Part shown: positions 59,691 to 64,000 of the stretch, in pieces | Layout: each line of letters opens with the position of its first letter | How positions within the stretch are numbered: position 1 is the stretch's first letter | NCBI GenBank assembly: GCA_030390025.1 | Contig: JASTWF010000035.1 | Location: 62,001-126,000, forward strand | DNA from: Squalus acanthias | Taxonomy: Eukaryota | Direction: 5' to 3' | Length of the DNA: 64,000 bases | The notes under the pieces: model-generated | Databases searched by the model: none | Seen by the model: only the letters and a program-made list of their open reading frames with translations | Told to the model about the DNA's origin: nothing | Translations under genes and position numbers: made by a program

Positions 59691-60548
59691 CTGACTGGCA
59701 GAGGTGCCGTCTTTCGGATGAGACGTTAAACCGAGGCCCTGTCGCTGGTTCAGGTGGGTGTTAAAGATCCCATGACAATATTGGATGAAGAGCAGGGCCA
59801 ACAATCTCCCCTCAATAAAAACCTTCAAATGCCTGGCATTAAACTCAACAGAACGTATCCCAGCGTTTGGAAACGAAAGCTGTGAATGAAATTTAAGTTT
59901 CCATTGATCCCTTGACTGTGCCTCAAATGTGCCTGCCCAGACCTGTGCAAAACTCAATGGGCTGGATCAGTTACTGGGCAACAAGTCTGAAGCATTCTCC
60001 AGGGTGCACAGACTGGAAAATTCATTATAATACAAAATTCAAAAGCCTTTGGAATACTGAAAGTGCTATAGATGTAAAGGCATTATAAAGAAAGTTTACC
60101 AGGATGTTACCAAGGATTTATTTTATTCGTTCATGGCTTGCCAGCGATGCCCATCCCTAATTGCCCTTGAGAAGGTGGTGGTGAGGTAACTGAGTGGCTT
60201 GCTAGACCATTTCAGTTAAGAGTCAACCACGCTGCTGTGGGTCTGGAGTCACATATAGGCCAGACGGGAAATTTCCTTCCCTAAAGGGCATTAGTGAACC
60301 AGAAGGGTTTTTACAACAAACCGGTAGTTTCATAATCATCATTGTTGATACTAGCTTTTTATTCCAGATTTAATTAACTGAATTTAAATTCCCCAGCTGC
60401 CATGGTGGGATTTGAATTTAAGTCTCCAGATCATTAATCCAGGCCTCTGGATTACTAGTCCAGTAACATAACCACTATGCTACTGTTCCCTACCTGAAGC
60501 AACTCCTCCCTGGTCCTGATCCCTTTCATCAGTTTGAAGTTCTGCCCC

Positions 60549-60709
60549 TTATAAAAGCAGAAACCTTTCTCCAGGCTTGTTGCTGTCCTCTGCTTTCCCT
60601 CCACCACACAGAGACACCATCAGTTGGACTCTGCACTCTTTCCCTCAGTTGAAATAATCCTGGCATCATGGAGCTGTCTCTGCTCACCTCCCTGCTCATT
60701 TCACTCGCC
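60549..60709 (+). pseudogene. Truncated duplicate of the SDR exon-1 5' end with an upstream TATA box
   Basis: 60619-60709 is nearly identical to 55943-56031, including the ATG (60668); TATAAAA at ~60550; frame ends after MELSLLTSLLISLATSEGR*. Confidence 0.8.
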
Positions 60710-61049
60710 ACTTCAGAGGGCCGTTAAGAGTCTGGGATGGGGGCATTTTAACTCCCCCAGTACGAGCGGGACAGTGGCGGGGCGGGTTGGGGGTGGGTCA
60801 GTGTATTGAGAAACCGACCCTAAAACTCCGCCAACACACAGACTTCTGGTTTAAGGGGCGGGTTGGTGGTCAGGCGAGTATCCCGCTCTCGAGAGGCTGG
60901 TCGGTAATTACAATATGCTAATGAGGCGGCGTGCCTCGGATTTTAGCTGCCATTTGGATTTAACGGCCGCAGCCCGGAATTCCCGGGACTGAGGAAAACC
61001 CGGCAGCTAAAGGGAGGCGAGAAGGGCCAGATTCAGCAGGGGGAAATAA

Positions 61050-61826
61050 GGAGAGAGAGGGATGTTGTAAAGGAGGGAGAGGGAGGGAAGGAAGTTGTAA
61101 AGAGAGAGAGGGAGGGAAGGAAGTTGTAAAGAGAGAGAGGGAGGGATGTTGTAAGGAGAGAGAGAGGGAGGGATGTTGTAAGGAGAGAGAGAGGGAGGGA
61201 TGTTGTAAAGGAAAGAGAGAGGGAGGGATGTTGTAAAGGAAAGAGAGGGAGGGATGTTGTAAAGGAGAGGGAGGGAGGGATGTTGTAAAGGAGAGAGGGA
61301 GGGAGGGATGTTGTAAAGGAGAGAGAGAGGGAGGGATGTTGTAAAGGAGAGAGAGAGGGAGGGATGTTGTAAAGGAGAGAGGGAGGGATGTTGTAAAGGA
61401 GAGAGGGAGGGAGGGATGTTGTAAAGGAGAGAGAGGGAGGGATGTTGTAAAGGAGAGAGAGAGGGAGGGATGTTGTAAAGGAGAGAGAGAGAGAGGGATG
61501 TTGTAAAAGAGCGAGAGAGAGGGATGTTGTAAAGGAGAGAGAGGGATGTTGTAAAGAAGAGAGAGAGAGGGAGGGATGTTGTAAAGGAGAGAGGGAGGGA
61601 GGGATGTTGTAAAGGAGAGAGAGGGAGGGATGTTGTAAAGGAGAGAGAGAGGGAGGGATGTTGTAAAGGAGCGAGAGAGAGGGATGTTGTAAAGGAGAGA
61701 GAGGGATGTTGTAAAGAAGAGAGAGAGAGGGAGGGATGTTGTAAAGGAGAGAGGGATGTTGTGAAGGAGAGAGAGAGAGAGGGATGTTGTAAAGGAGAGA
61801 GAGAGAGAGGGATGTTGTAAAGGAGG
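61050..61826. repeat. Purine-rich minisatellite (GGGATGTTGTAAAGGAGAGA..., variable unit length)
   Basis: Directly visible. Confidence 0.95.
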
Positions 61827-62042
61827 AGTCCCCCCTCATAGAATCATTAGTACAGCACAGGAGGCCATTCGGCCCATCGAGTCTGCGCCGGCTCTTTCGA
61901 AGAGCAATCCAGTCAGTCCCACTCCCGCTCTTTCCCCATATCCCTGCAGTTTTTTCTCCTTCCAGTATTTAGCCAGTTCCCTAAAGGAAAAGCGTTGTGT
62001 TTTGGAGCTTCATTGCCGTGAGCCTTTTTCCTGTGTGCCCAG

Positions 62043-62282
62043 GGATCGGGAGGTACATCGCTCAGGACTTTGCCCAGAGAAATGCTCGTGTGATCCTGGC
62101 CTGCCGTAGTTTGCAGCGAGGACAGAGAGCGGAGCGAGAGATACGGCGCAGGACGGGGAACAGTAACGTTCACCTGCGCATTCTGGACACCAGCTCCATG
62201 GAATCGGTGAGGAACTTCACGGAGCGGATTAAGAAGGAGGAGAAACGGCTGGATATCCTTGTAAATAACGCAGCCACTGCAG
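62043..62282 (+). CDS. Exon 2 of RDH-like SDR paralogue B
   Basis: cccag acceptor, gtaatg donor; 240 nt, phase 1-1; completes TGANTGIG (TGxxxGxG); ARVILACR, LDTSSMESVRNF, LDILVNNAA. Confidence 0.95.
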
Positions 62283-63094
62283 GTAATGTGCAACAGTGTA
62301 GAATAGGGTTTTAATAGGATTGCTTATAAAAATACTTTATTGAAATAGAAGTAAATAAGGAACATTTTCAATGCAAAATAGATGAATGTAAAGAACATCA
62401 TAACCTGTATTCCTATAGGTCGCCTCAGCTGTAGGGAGATCATTATGTTAAGGAGAATAATTAGTTAATATCGTGTGACACGGCCACATCAAATCAACAT
62501 TTAAACATTTTTAACATTTTATTCTCAGTACCAGTACAGGTTGGAAAACATTCTACTGATAATCTCTGCAATAATTTCTGGAATGCACTGCCTGACAGGG
62601 CGGTGGAAGCAGATTCAATAGTTGTAATCTATGTGGGTCCAACAAATGACGGGCAGAGACACGATGAGTGGCAGTCAAGGTGCTTGTTTACTCGGCCAGA
62701 GCGGACTGAGCATGCTCACACTAAACCACGTGACAAATCATGTGACAATACATCACACTGCTTTCCCCTTAAAATAAAATGTACATATTCCCCTCTCAAC
62801 ACAACAAAACTACGGTCCCACCTTTCCCAGCATTACACGTACCACAAAACTAAAACTCCTAGCTTTTTTTCTTTTAACTCAACTACAAATCCAGTTTAAT
62901 ACCAGGTTTGCGGAGCCTTCCTGATCTCCTTACAGGAGGTTTTGGTGTTGAACCAATTTTCGGGCTGTTTTGTTCTGGTTCCGAACTCAAAGATGCTCCT
63001 GTTTCTATCTCAGATTTGTTTGAACCTGGTACTTCAGTTTCTGAAGTCTGAACTGAGTCAAACTCATGTATTTGTTCATGATCAAGTGGTTCAA

Positions 63095-64000
63095 GATCAC
63101 AGAGTTAACGTTTCAGGTCTGTGACCCTTCGTCAGAACTGGAAAAAGTTAGGGATGTAACAGGTTTTAAGCAGGTGCAGAGGCAGGAAAAGGGGGGAGAG
63201 GGGAGGAAGGAACTAAAGGGATGGTCTGTGCTAGGGTGGAAGGCAGGAGAGATTAAATGTTGCAAATGGGAATGGCAGAATCATCAACAGCTGCCGCCTG
63301 AAAAAATGGGGGCAGGGGTTATAGTCTGAAATTGTTGAACTCTATGTTGAGTCCAGAAGACTGTAAAGGGCCTAGTCGAAAGATGAGGTGCTGTTCCTCG
63401 AACTTACGTTGAGCTTCATTGGAACAGTGTAAGAGGACGGTGAGGTCAGAGTGGGAGTGAAGCGGAGAATTAAAATGACAAGTGACCGGAAGCTCAGGGT
63501 CACCCTTACGGACTGAACGGAGGTGTTCCGCAAAGCGGTCACCCAATCTGCGTTTGGTCTCCCCAGTGTAGAGGAGACCGCATCGTGAGCAGCGAATACA
63601 GTATACTAAATTGCAAGAAGTTCAAGTAAATCGCTGTTTCACCTGGAAGGGGTGTTTGGGGCCCTGGACAGTGGGAAGGGAGGAGGTAAAAGAGCAGGTG
63701 TTGCATCTCCTGCGCTTGCACGGGAAGGTGCCGTGGGGAGGGGAGGGGCTGTTGGGGGGGACCCCGAGCTTTCGGTTGCTTGTCACTTTAATTCTCCGCT
63801 CCACTCCCACTCAGACCTCACCATCCTCGGCCTCTTACACTGTTCCAATGAAGCTCAACGTAAGCTCGAGGAACAGCACCTCATTTTTCGACTAGGCACT
63901 TTACAGCCTTCTGGACTCAACATTGAGTGCAACAATTTCAGACTATAACCCCTGCCCCCATTTTTTTCAGGCGGCAGCTGTTGATGATTTTGCCATCCCC
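63095..64000. mobile_element. Penelope-like element 3' end (GIY-YIG C-terminus) with an inverted duplication
   Basis: Minus GDRFAEHLRSV...CHFNSP.HS...EQHLIFRLG.LQ.SGLNIEF; the same segment recurs on plus at 63758-64000; hammerhead motif on minus at 63103-63139. Confidence 0.85.

Noticed and set aside
60716..61040. GC-rich segment as a CpG-island promoter
   Set aside because: It begins where the duplicated exon 1 is truncated and resembles the GC-rich transposon-derived segments elsewhere; no paired TIR could be found, so it is left uncalled.
61033..61839. 268-aa ORF (also the 247-aa ORF at 50044-50787)
   Set aside because: Low-complexity translations of purine/pyrimidine minisatellites.
7496..62282. 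All SDR exons as one gene, or a specific gene symbol
   Set aside because: Exon order is 3-4-5 then 1-2 on the same strand, so at least two paralogues; orthology (RDH11/12/13/DHRS13-like) cannot be fixed without a phylogeny.

Overview
Vertebrate (most likely cartilaginous-fish/shark-type) genomic DNA, almost entirely transposable elements and minisatellites. The host-type genes are two tandem paralogues of an RDH11/12/DHRS13-like short-chain dehydrogenase on the + strand. Paralogue A shows three internal exons (7496-7585, 17296-17487, 22228-22337) and no recognisable last exon. Paralogue B shows its first two exons (55990-56167, 62043-62282). The centrepiece is a 17.2-kb minus-strand endogenous retrovirus-like provirus (26461-43642). 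It has a tRNA-Arg PBS overlapping the gag ATG, a coiled-coil Gag with a CCHC knuckle, an in-frame UGA between gag and pro, and a pol with most of RT/RNase H deleted. Its env appears to be spliced. After removing nested CR1 LINEs, the env reconstitutes in frame to ~791 aa: signal peptide, Ig V-set-like domain, paramyxovirus-F-like F2, furin site, F1, TM. This looks lokiretrovirus-like, with an apparently captured Ig domain. The window also holds three related mosaic solo LTRs, a Gypsy 5' end, a complete Harbinger transposon, MITEs, several CR1 LINEs (three with intact or reconstitutable ORF2), Penelope fragments with minimal hammerhead motifs, and five minisatellites. All calls are from reading the sequence; no database search was run.
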